A DNA stretch of 46,702 nucleotides from the NCBI GenBank assembly GCA_032718475.1, contig JAUCBJ010008891.1:1-46702 (forward strand), in the 5' to 3' direction. Shown in pieces: positions 1 to 12,000 of this stretch. The translations under genes and the position numbers were made by a program. Numbering within the stretch: the first letter of the stretch is position 1; every line of letters starts with the position of its first letter. The notes beneath the pieces were generated by a model, which saw only the letters and a list, made by a program, of their open reading frames with translations, had not been told where the DNA came from and searched no databases. The stretch comes from Nemertoderma westbladi. Taxonomy: Eukaryota; Animalia; Xenacoelomorpha.

Positions 1-403
1 TCCAAGGATACATAATAATATAGTGACATTCTGGAAGGCATTGACTAACGGACAAGTGACCCGAGTGTGTGTAATTTGTGACAAGTTGTGTGTGTGGTAT
101 TTGTGAGTTTATAGGTGAATGTTACTGCTAAGGTGTGTTTACAGTAGCCAGTCGCAATCGTAAAGTAACCTAACTCTCCAAGGAATACCTGAAGTACATC
201 TAAGCCTTTGGGACGGACAGTCGAGTGACTTGTGCCGGTTGTCGTTGTCGTTGTGCGGCTACGTCGTTGGCGAAAGTACGGCGGCGACGACACATCGGCA
301 CTGAGGATCTCGTACTGTCCGGGGGTTAATTGGAGTAGGCAGCGACGCTCGCTAGCCTGAATATAAACTCCTTATAATGTGGATAAACTCATATATAGCA
401 GAC

Positions 404-709
404 ATGATGGAGTTGATAGCAGATGTTCTTGGTATCGGGGAGCGATATACTCTACTTTTGCAAGCGTTTGTTGATAGCTTAATACGCGGCGACGTTAGTC
501 CAACTGCTGCGGAGGACGATGGTCGTTATATCGAACCGCCAATGTCCCAAGAGCAGCTCGCGCGCGAGTTGGACTATAGAAAATTCGCTGCTCGATATAC
601 GCAGCGTAATGGTACGTATGTGGTCTTCTTAACTACTGGTCATCCTATCGATTTACACAATACGGACTATGTCGACTATATATCCTGCCCAGCGGAGTCG
701 GAACCATAA
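404..709 (+). pseudogene. N-terminal part of the accessory ORF2 of the BEL paralog, frameshifted and degraded
   Basis: Translation is homologous to 24470-24868(-) (QAFVDSLIRG, EDDGRYIEPPMSQEQL.RELDYRKF, FLTTGHPIDLH). The downstream ENSIRNRL motif (~726-749) lies in another frame. Confidence 0.7.
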
Positions 710-1799
710 ACTGAAATTCGAATGCGAAAATTCTATTCGAAATCGACTCGAAAGAAAAGACACTAAAGAAACAAATGGACGCGGTAACTCCAACGTATAT
801 TTGGAATTCTTGATAGAAGCATTGTAACAACAAATAAATATCACCCGCGTTTCCCCTACCAGACGTGCGTCTTTGGTATTATTACGATAAATGTCCTAGA
901 CCCAGCCAATAAACGGAAAGACATAAACATCCACGGAAACGTCGTGTTAAACACAGTTGTGTTCGTTATATTTACTGGAGTTTCGAGCGAAACTTGTTTG
1001 ACGTATCACCTATGCTCACTCGGCTCTAACGATCCTAGAGTAAACCTACGATCAGAGTCCCGGAATACTCGGTCAAACCTCCTCATTCCTTAGTTGGACC
1101 TCAGACCTGCGATCCTGGTGGTGTCGCGGATCCTCGCGGACGGTATTCACTGTTCAAGATCTAGTGCTACCCTAACAATTAATCGGTAACACTCCGACAG
1201 TGATTTCTAGCTAGCCGCCCATCTTACCTAGCTGGATTATGACGCAGACACCTAATATCATTATCCAACCGTATGGTCGTCCCGTTTAACGCGATACAAC
1301 CCTTCATCAAAGTGAAGGAGAGCGTTGTACGAAACGAGTTAAACGCTATTCTATAAAGATCAAAAAAGAAACCTGCGTTTGTTCAGATAAACGTAAGTTA
1401 TAACAGTAAGTCCAATCGATAAACGAATTGTCTTTATCTCAGTTCGATTGTGAAATCCAGAATCTCTAAGAAGATATCGCACTTAGACAACCCCATTCTC
1501 TGCGAGAGTTTTTGGATGAACGTATCCAGCTACGAGCGGAGGAAAATCAGCTCGAGGAGAAGCATATCGAAACGGCGGATACCCCGACCACAATCCTACA
1601 CCTTCTGATGCAATCATATTGCACCCTTCACCCAGGAGTTATGGCCCTCCTAGTAAAGTGGCTCCCCCCAAAGAGAAAAAGACTCTTGCTAGCCTCAAAA
1701 AACTGCGTAAACGCCGTCTGCGTAAGAAAGACTAACTGTTTAGAGTATCTTTATGTTTTAGAAACTGTGATTTTTATATTTTATAGACTGAAAATCCCA

Positions 1800-1813
1800 T
1801 TTTCTGGGAGCGG
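1800..1813 (+). promoter_or_regulatory. Polypurine-tract region (plus-strand primer) of the paralogous LTR element
   Basis: TTTTCTGGGAGCGG immediately precedes the TG LTR start. Identical to the sequence before the 3' LTR of the 22085-34175 element. Confidence 0.65.
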
Positions 1814-3027
1814 TGTAAAAGCTTTTACTGAATTGTCCGGTTATTTTTCCTTATTTTTCCCGTAAAGTACTCTGTAGTTGGTTTACCAGGCATAAAAAGG
1901 CCGTGTCCTTGCTGTACTGGTGTTTTAGCGGACATAAGAGCTATTTCTTCTGTATTTGTACTTTAGAGGACATAATCCGTAATTCCGTGACGTAAAAGCT
2001 CGATACTCTTGAAAACAGTGTCGCTACCATGACGACAGCTAGCAGCTGATATTGCCACGTCGACGTTTCTTTGTTTCTCTGTTCTCTCGTTGTTCAGGTT
2101 GACCAATCAGAGCGTTTGTTGTCTTTGTGTTGGAGGTATATACAGAAACTCAGTAGTTCAGTGTTATGTTTTTGCCCAGAGCCTAAGAACCGGCTTTGGC
2201 ACCTCCGTGTTTCAGTTTTTAGTCTTACACTAGTAGGTTTAATTATAAAGGGCATATATCCTTTAACTACCTGACTCATGGAATCACTGCTAACTGATCA
2301 TACATACTGACTGCTGAAACATTGCAAACTCATAACAATCAGTGTTTTCATTGTTGTTTTATACTGCTATTTACCGTCAGTTCTTCATAATATGGTTGAT
2401 GAATTATTATATTTGGAATAACGATAAATAACCCCGAAACCCAATATTCTTGATATACCGAAGGTAAGAGAGAAGGGTTACAGATAAACGATTGTGACTT
2501 ATGTTAAAGTGGTTTGAAGTGAATCTAATGTTATTTGATAGACCCTACATGAGTCAGTCTGTGTTCCTTTTATATGTGACTAAAATCAGTGAAGATTGGC
2601 AGATTAGTGTGCAGTATTGTGCAGCATTGTGTATGAGTGAGTCTGTTAAAGAAGCAATTCCTAAAGAATGCGCCATATATGTGAATTATAATTAAGCCAT
2701 ATCGTTGTGAGTAGTTTAAGTCATAACTCTGTTTATATAGATAAAGCGCCACGTCCTAAAGGAACTGTTAATATTCCCGAAGGTGAATAATATTGTCAGA
2801 GATTATATAATACTGTCAGTCGAATAATACATTAGGCTTACATAGCAATAAAATTAAACCGTCGAACCCAATCTCCCGGGAATATCCAGCGGGTGAATGA
2901 TCGCGCACAGATTGGTTTCGACTAGTGTAGTGAATCAAATACTTGTCATAGACTAAAAACCGATTTAATATCTAGAAGACATCTTAATTTGGTGGGTTAA
3001 ACTGCCAAAGGTCTGAAAGCGCGAACA
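1814..3027 (+). repeat. 3' LTR (~1214 bp) of the paralogous BEL element
   Basis: Starts TGTAAAAGCTT and ends GGTTAAACTGCCAAAGGTCTGAAAGCGCGAACA, homologous to the LTR end GGTTAAACTGCTAAAGGTCTTCAAAAGCGCGTACA. Shared internal blocks: CACGTCGAC, CCAATCAGAGCG, GCGCCACGTCCTAAAGGAACTGTTAATATT. Confidence 0.8.
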
Positions 3028-6000
3028 GGCATTCCTTTAGGAAACCGAGTGGAAGGGTTTACTGTGGAAGATCACCCATGGTGGTGAACGGGCATTTAGG
3101 AAACAGAGTGGGAGGGTTTACTGTGGAAGATCACCCATGGTGGTGAACAGGCATTTAGGAAACATAGTGGAAGGGTTAACTGTGGAAGATCAACCATCGT
3201 GGTGAACAGGCATTCCTTTAGGAAACATAGTGGAAGGGTTTACTGTGGAAGAACACCCATGGTGGTGAACAGGCATTCCTTTAGGAAACAGAGTGGAAGA
3301 GTTTACTGTGGAAGATCACCCATGGTGGTTAACAGGCATTCCTTTAGTAAACAAAGTGGAAGAGTTTACTGTGGAAGATCACCCATGGTGGTGAACAGGC
3401 ATTCCTTTAGGAAACAGAGTGGAAGGGTTTACTTTGGAAGAATACCCATTGCGGTGAACCGAACAGGCATTCCTTTAGGAAACAGAGTGGAAGAGTTTAC
3501 TGTAGAAGATCACCCATGGCGGTGAACAGGCATTCCTTTAGGAAACAGAGTGGAAGGGTTTACTGTGGAAGATCACCCATGGTGGTGAACGGGCATTTAG
3601 GAAACAGAGAGGGAGGGTTTACTGTGAAAGATCACCCATGGTGGTAAACAGGCATTTAAGAAACATAGTGGAAGGGTTAACTGTGGAAGATCACCCATGG
3701 TGGTGAACAGGCATTCCTTTAGGAAACATAGTGGAAGGGTTTACTGTGGAAGATCACCCATGGTGGTGAACAGGCATTCCTTTAGTAAACAAAGTGGAAG
3801 AGTTTACTGTGGAAGATCACCCATGGTGGTGAACACGCATTCCTTTAGGAAACAGAGTGGAAGGGTTTACTTTGGAAGATTACCCATTGCGGTGAACCGA
3901 ACAGGCATTCCTTTAGGAAACAGAGTGGAAGAGTTTACTGTGGAAGATCACCCATGGTGGTGAACAGGCATTCCTTTAGGAAACAGAGTGGAAGGGTTTA
4001 CTTTGGAAGAACACCTATGGTGGTGAACAGAACAGGCATTCCTTTAGGAAACAGAGTGGAAGAGTTTACTGTGGAAGATCACCCATGGTGGTGAACAGGA
4101 ATTCCTTTAGGAAACAGAGTGGAAGGGTTTACTTTGGAAGATCACCCATGGCGGTGAACGGGCATTTATGAAACAGAGTGGAAAGGTTTACTTTGGAAGA
4201 TCACCCATGGCAGTGAACAGGCATTCCTTTAGGAAACAGAGTGGAAGGGTTTACTGTGGAAGATCACCCATGGCGGTGAACGGGCATTTATGAAACAGAG
4301 TGCAAGGGTTTACTTTGGAAGATCACCCATGGCGGTGAACAGGCATTCCTTTAGGAAACAGAGTGGAAGAAGTTACTGTGGAAGATAACCCATGGTGGTG
4401 AACAGGGATTCCTTTAGGATATAGAGTGGAAGGGTTTACTGTGGAAGATCACCCATGGCGGTGAACGGGCATTTATGAAACAGAGTGCAAGGGTTTACTT
4501 TGGAAGATCAAACATGGCGGTGAACAGGCATTCCTTTAGGAAACAGAGTGGAAGAGTTTACTGTGGAAGATCACCCATGGTGGTGAACAGGGATTCCTTT
4601 AGGAAACAGAGTAGAAGGGTTTACTTTGGAAGAACACCTATGGTGGTGAACAGAAAAGGTATTCCTTTAGGAAACAGAGTGGAAGAGTTTACTGTGGAAG
4701 ATCTCCCATGGCGGTGAACAGGCATTCCTTTAGGAAGCAGAGTGGAAGGGTTTACTTTGGAAGATCACCCATGGCGGTGAACGGGCATTTATGAAACAGA
4801 GTGGAAGGGTTTACTTTGGAAGATCACCCATGGCAGTGAACAGGCATTCCTTTAGGAAACAGAGTGGAAGGGTTTACAGTGGAAGATAACCCATGGTGGT
4901 GAACAGGGATTCCTTTAGGATATAGAGTGGAAGGGTTTACTGTGGAAGATCACCCATGGCGGTGAACGGGCATTTATGAAACAGAGTGCAAGGGTTTACT
5001 TTGGAAGATCACCCATGGCGGTGAACAGGCATTCCTTTAGGAAACAGATTGGAAGGGTTTACAGTGGAAGATAACCCATGGTGGTGAACAGGGATTCCTT
5101 TAGGAAACAGAGTGGAAGGGTTTACAGTGGAAGATAACCATGGTGGTGAACAGGGATTCCTTTAGGAAACAGAGTGGAAGAGTTTACTGTGGAAGATCAC
5201 CCGTGGTGGTGAACAGGCATTCCTTTAGGAAACAGAGTGGAAGGGTTTACTTTGGAAGATCACCCATGGCGGTGAACGGGCATTTATGAAACAGAGTGGA
5301 AGGGTTTACTTTGGAAGATCATCCATGGCGGTGAACAGGCATTCCTCTAGCAAACAGAATGGAAGGATTTACTTTGGAAGATCACCGATGGTGGTGAACA
5401 GGCATTCCTTTAGGAAACAGAGTGGAAGGGTTTACTGTGGAAGTTCACTCATGGTGGTGAACAGGCATTCCTTTTGGAAACAGAGTGGAAGGGTTTACTT
5501 TGGAAGATCACCCATGGCGGTGAAACGAACAGGCATTCCTTTAGGAAACAGAGTGGAAGGGTTTACTTTGGAAGATCACCCATGGTGGTCTATAGGCATT
5601 CCTTTAGGAAACAGAGTGGAAGGGTTTACTTTGGAAGATTACCCATTGCGGTGAACCGAACAGGCATTCCTTTAGGAAACCGAGTTGAAGGGTTTACTTA
5701 GGAAGATCATCCATGGTGGTGAACAGGAATTCCTTTAGGAGACAGAGTGAAAGGCTTTACTGTGGAAGATCACCCATGGTGGTGAACAGGCATTCCTTTA
5801 GGAAACAGAGTGGAAGGGTTTACTGTGGAAGATCACCCATGGTGTTGAACAGGCGTTCCTTTGGGAAACCGAGTGGAAGGGTTTACTGTGGAAGATCACC
5901 CATGGTGGTGAACGGGCATTTAGGAAACAGAGTGGGAGGGTTTACTGTGGAAGATCACCCATGGTGGTGAACAGGCATTTAGGAAACATAGTGGAAGGGT

Positions 6001-9000
6001 TAACTGTGGAAGATCAACCATGGTGGTGAACAGGCATTCCTTTAGGAAACATAGTGGAAGGGTTTACTGTGGAAGATCACCCATGGTGGTGAACAGGCAT
6101 TCCTTTAGGAAACAGAGTGGAAGAGTTTACTGTGGAAGATCACCCATGGTGGTTAACAGGCATTCCTTTAGTAAACAAAGTGGAAGAGTTTACTGTGGAA
6201 GATCACCCATGGTGGTGAACAGGCATTCCTTTAGGAAACAGAGTGGAAGGGTTTACTTTGGAAGAATACCCATTGCGGTGAACCGAACAGGCATTCCTTT
6301 AGGAAACAGAGTGGAAGAGTTTACTGTAGAAGATCACCCATGGTGGTGAACAGGCATTCCTTTAGGAAACAGAGTGGAAGGGTTTACTGTGGAAGATCAC
6401 CCATGCTGGTGAACGGGCATTTAGGAAACAGAGAGGGAGGGTTTACTGTGAAAGATCACCCATGGTGGTAAACAGGCATTTAGGAAACATAGTGGAAGGG
6501 TTAACTGTGGAAGATCACCCATGGTGGTGAACAGGCATTCCTTTAGGAAACATAGTGGAAGGGTTTACTGTGGAAGATCACCCATGGTGGTGAACAGGCA
6601 TTCCTTTAGGAAACAGAGTGGAAGAGTTTACTGTGGAAGATCACCCATGGTGGTGAACAAGCATTCCTTTAGTAAACAAAGTGGAAGAGTTTACTGTGGA
6701 AGATCACCCATGGTGGTGAACACGCATTCCTTTAGGAAACAGAGTGGAAGGGTTTACTTTGGAAGATTACCCATTGCGGTGAACCGAACAGGCATTCCTT
6801 TAGGAAACAGAGTGGAAGAGTTTACTGTGGAAGATCACCCATGGTGGTGAACAGGCATTCCTTTAGGAAACAGAGTGGAAGGGTTTACTTTGGAAGAACA
6901 CCTATGGTGGTGAACAGAACAGGCATTCCTTTAGGAAACAGAGTGGAAGAGTTTACTGTGGAAGATCACCCATGGTGGTGAACAGGAATTCCTTTAGGAA
7001 ACAGAGTGGAAGGGTTTACTTTGGAAGATCACCCATGGCGGTGAACGGGCATTTATGAAACAGAGTGGAAAGGTTTACTTTGGAAGATCACCCATGGCAG
7101 TGAACAGGCATTCCTTTAGGAAACAGTGGAAGGGTTTACAGTGGAAGATAACCCATGGTGGTGAACAGGGATTCCTTTAGGATATAGAGTGGAAGGGTTT
7201 ACTGTGGAAGATCACCCATGGCGGTGAACGGGCATTTATGAAACAGAGTGCAAGGGTTTACTTTGGAAGATCACCCATGGCGGTGAACAGGCATTCCTTT
7301 AGGAAACAGAGTGGAAGAGTTTACTGTGGAAGATCACCCATGGTGGTGAACAGGGATTCCTTTAGGAAACAGAGTGGAAGGGTTTACTTTGGAAGAACAC
7401 CTATGGTGGTGAACAGAACAGGCATTCCTTTAGGAAACAGTGTGGAAGAGTTTACTGTGGAAGATCACCCATGGTGGTGAACAGGCATTCCTTTATGAAA
7501 CAGAGTGGAAGGGTTTACTTTGGAAGATCACCCATGGCGGTGAACGGGCATTTAGGAAACAGAGTGGGAGGGTTTACTGTGGAAGATCACCCATGGTGGT
7601 GAACAGGCATTTAGGAAACATAGTGGAAGGGTTAACTGTGGAAGATCAACCATGGTGGTGAACAGGCATTCCTTTAGGAAACATAGTGGAAGGGTTTACT
7701 GTGGAAGATCACCCATGGTGGTGAACAGGCATTCCTTTAGGAAACAGAGTGGAAGAGTTTACTGTGGAAGATCACCCATGGTGGTTAACAGGCATTCCTT
7801 TAGTAAACAAAGTGGAAGAGTTTACTGTGGAAGATCACCCATGGTGGTGAACAGGCATTCCTTTAGGAAACAGAGTGGAAGGGTTTACTTTGGAGGAATA
7901 CCCATTGCGGTGAACCGAACAGGCATTCCTTTAGGAAACAGAGTGGAAGAGTTTACTGTAGAAGATCACCCATGGTGGTGAACAGGCATTCCTTTAGGAA
8001 ACAGAGTGGAAGGGTTTACTGTGGAAGATCACCCATGGTGGTGAACGGGCATTTAGGAAACAGAGAGGGAGGGTTTACTGTGAAAGATCACCCATGGTGG
8101 TAAACAGGCATTTAGGAAACATAGTGGAAGGGTTAACTGTGGAAGATCACCCATGGTGGTGAACAGGCATTCCTTTAGGAAACATAGTGGAAGGGTTTAC
8201 TGTGGAAGATCACCCATGGTGGTGAACAGGCATTCCTTTAGGAAACAGAGTGGAAGAGTTTACTGTGGAAGATCACCCATGGTGGTGAACAAGCATTCCT
8301 TTAGTAAACAAAGTGGAAGAGTTTACTGTGGAAGATCACCCATGGTGGTGAACACGCATTCCTTTAGGAAACAGAGTGGAAGGGTTTACTTTGGAAGATT
8401 ACCCATTGCGGTGAACCGAACAGGCATTCCTTTAGGAAACAGAGTGGAAGAGTTTACTGTGGAAGATCACCCATGGTGGTGAACAGGCATTCCTTTAGGA
8501 AACAGAGTGGAAGGGTTTACTTTGGAAGAACACCTATGGTGGTGAACAGAACAGGCATTCCTTTAGAAAACAGAGTGGAAGAGTTTACTGTGGAAGATCA
8601 CCCATGGTGGTGAACAGGCACTCCTTTAGGAAACAGAGTGGAAGGGTTTACTTTGGAAGATCACCCATGGCGGTGAACGGGCATTTATGAAACAGAGTGG
8701 AAAGGTTTACTTTGGAAGATCACCCATGGCAGTGAACAGGCATTCCTTTAGGAAACAGAGTGGAAGGGTTTACAGTGGAAGATAACCCATGGTGGTGAAC
8801 AGGGATTCCTTTAGGATATAGAGTGGAAGAGTTTACTGTGGAAGATCACCCATGGCGGTGAACGGGCATTTATGAAACAGAGTGCAAGGGTTTACTTTGG
8901 AAGATCACCCATGGCGGTGAACAGGCATTCCTTTAGGAAACAGAGTGGAAGAGTTTACTGTGGAAGATCACCCATGGTGGTGAACAGGGATTCCTTTAGG

Positions 9001-12000
9001 AAACAGAGTGGAAGGGTTTACAGTGGAAGATAACCCATGGTGGTGAACAGGGATTCCTTTAGGAAACAGAGTGGAAGAGTTTACTGTGGAAGATCACCCA
9101 TGGTGGTGAACAGGCATTCCTTTAGGAAACAGAGTGGAAGGGTTTACTTTGGAAGATCACCCATGGCGGTGAACGGGCATTTATGAAACAGAGTGGAAGG
9201 GTTTACTTTGGAAGATCACCGATGGTGGTGAACAGCAATTCCTTTAGGAAACAGAGTGTAAGGGTTTACTTTGGAAGATCATCCATGGCGGTGAACAGGC
9301 ATTCCTCTAGCAAACAGAGTGGAAGGATTTACTTTGAAAGATCACCGATGGTGGTGAACAGGCATTCCTTTAGGAAACAGAGTGGAAGGGTTTACTGTGG
9401 AAGATCACTCATGGTGGTGAACAGGCACTCCTTTAGGAAACAGAGTGGAAGGGTTTACTTTGGAAGATCACCCATGGCGGTGAAACGAACAGGCATTCCT
9501 TTAGGAAACAGAGTGGAAGGGTTTACTTTGGAAGATCACCCATGGTGGTCTATAGGCATTCCTTTAGGAAACAGAGTGGAAGGGTTTACTTTGGAAGATC
9601 ACCCATGGTGGTTAACAGGCATTCCTTTAGGAAACAGAGTGGAAGAGTTTACTGTGGAAGATCACCCATGGTGGTTAACAGGCATTCCTTTAGTAAACAA
9701 AGTGGAAGAGTTTACTGTGGAAGATCACCCATGGTGGTGAACAGGCATTCCTTTAGGAAACAGAGTGGAAGGGTTTACTTTGGAGGAATACCCATTGCGG
9801 TGAACCGAACAGGCATTCCTTTAGGAAACAGAGTGGAAGAGTTTACTGTAGAAGATCACCCATGGTGGTGAACAGGCATTCCTTTAGGAAACAGAGTGGA
9901 AGGGTTTACTGTGGAAGATCACCCATGGTGGTGAACGGGCATTTAGGAAACAGAGAGGGAGGGTTTACTGTGAAAGATCACCCATGGTGGTAAACAGGCA
10001 TTTAGGAAACATAGTGGAAGGGTTAACTGTGGAAGATCACCCATGGTGGTGAACAGGCATTCCTTTAGGAAACATAGTGGAAGGGTTTACTGTGGAAGAT
10101 CACCCATGGTGGTGAACAGGCATTCCTTTAGGAAACAGAGTGGAAGAGTTTACTGTGGAAGATCACCCATGGTGGTGAACAAGCATTCCTTTAGTAAACA
10201 AAGTGGAAGAGTTTACTGTGGAAGATCACCCATGGTGGTGAACACGCATTCCTTTAGGAAACAGAGTGGAAGGGTTTACTTTGGAAGATTACCCATTGCG
10301 GTGAACCGAACAGGCATTCCTTTAGGAAACAGAGTGGAAGAGTTTACTGTGGAAGATCACCCATGGTGGTGAACAGGCATTCCTTTAGGAAACAGAGTGG
10401 AAGGGTTTACTTTGGAAGAACACCTATGGTGGTGAACAGAACAGGCATTCCTTTAGGAAACAGAGTGGAAGAGTTTACTGTGGAAGATCACCCATGGTGG
10501 TGAACAGGCACTCCTTTAGGAAACAGAGTGGAAGGGTTTACTTTGGAAGATCACCCATGGCGGTGTAACGAACAGGCATTCCTTTATGAAACAGAGTGGA
10601 AGGGTTTACTTTGGAAGATCACCCATGGTGGTCTATAGGCATTCCTTTAGGAAACAGAGTGGAAGGGTTTACTTTGGAAGATCACCCATGGTGGTTAACA
10701 GGCATTCCTTTAGGAAACAGAGTGGAAGAGTTTACTGTGGAAGATCACCCATGGTGGTTAACAGGCATTCCTTTAGTAAACAAAGTGGAAGAGTTTACTG
10801 TGGAAGATCACCCATGGTGGTGAACAGGCATTCCTTTAGGAAACAGAGTGGAAGGGTTTACTTTGGAGGAATACCCATTGCGGTGAACCGAACAGGCATT
10901 CCTTTAGGAAACAGAGTGGAAGAGTTTACTGTAGAAGATCACCCATGGTGGTGAACAGGCATTCCTTTAGGAAACAGAGTGGAAGGGTTTACTGTGGAAG
11001 ATCACCCATGGTGGTGAACGGGCATTTAGGAAACAGAGAGGGAGGGTTTACTGTGAAAGATCACCCATGGTGGTAAACAGGCATTTAGGAAACATAGTGG
11101 AAGGGTTAACTGTGGAAGATCACCCATGGTGGTGAACAGGCATTCCTTTAGGAAACATAGTGGAAGGGTTTACTGTGGAAGATCACCCATGGTGGTGAAC
11201 AGGCATTCCTTTAGGAAACAGAGTGGAAGAGTTTACTGTGGAAGATCACCCATGGTGGTGAACAAGCATTCCTTTAGTAAACAAAGTGGAAGAGTTTACT
11301 GTGGAAGATCACCCATGGTGGTGAACACGCATTCCTTTAGGAAACAGAGTGGAAGGGTTTACTTTGGAAGATTACCCATTGCGGTGAACCGAACAGGCAT
11401 TCCTTTAGGAAACAGAGTGGAAGAGTTTACTGTGGAAGATCACCCATGGTGGTGAACAGGCATTCCTTTAGGAAACAGAGTGGAAGGGTTTACTTTGGAA
11501 GAACACCTATGGTGGTGAACAGAACAGGCATTCCTTTAGGAAACAGAGTGGAAGAGTTTACTGTGGAAGATCACCCATGGTGGTGAACAGGCACTCCTTT
11601 AGGAAACAGAGTGGAAGGGTTTACTTTGGAAGATCACCCATGGCGGTGAACGGGCATTTATGAAACAGAGTGGAAAGGTTTACTTTGGAAGATCACCCAT
11701 GGCAGTGAACAGGCATTCCTTTAGGAAACAGAGTGGAAGGGTTTACAGTGGAAGATAACCCATGGTGGTGAACAGGGATTCCTTTAGGATATAGAGTGGA
11801 AGGGTTTACTGTGGAAGATCACCCATGGCGGTGAACGGGCATTTATGAAACAGAGTGCAAGGGTTTACTTTGGAAGATCACCCATGGCGGTGAACAGGCA
11901 TTCCTTTAGGAAACAGAGTGGAAGAGTTTACTGTGGAAGATCACCCATGGTGGTGAACAGGGATTCCTTTAGGAAACAGAGTGGAAGGGTTTACAGTGGA

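Larger units (their letters stand above)
1..3027 (+). mobile_element. 3' portion of a BEL/Pao-type LTR retrotransposon; diverged relative of the element at 22085-34175, in opposite orientation
   Basis: 1-~760 aligns by eye to the reverse complement of ~24490-25265 (e.g. tccaaggatac...gtgacattctggaaggca). ~1570-1830 aligns to 23330-23590. Same PPT (ttttctgggagcgg) and LTR start TGTAAAAGCTT. The element continues beyond the left edge. Confidence 0.85.
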
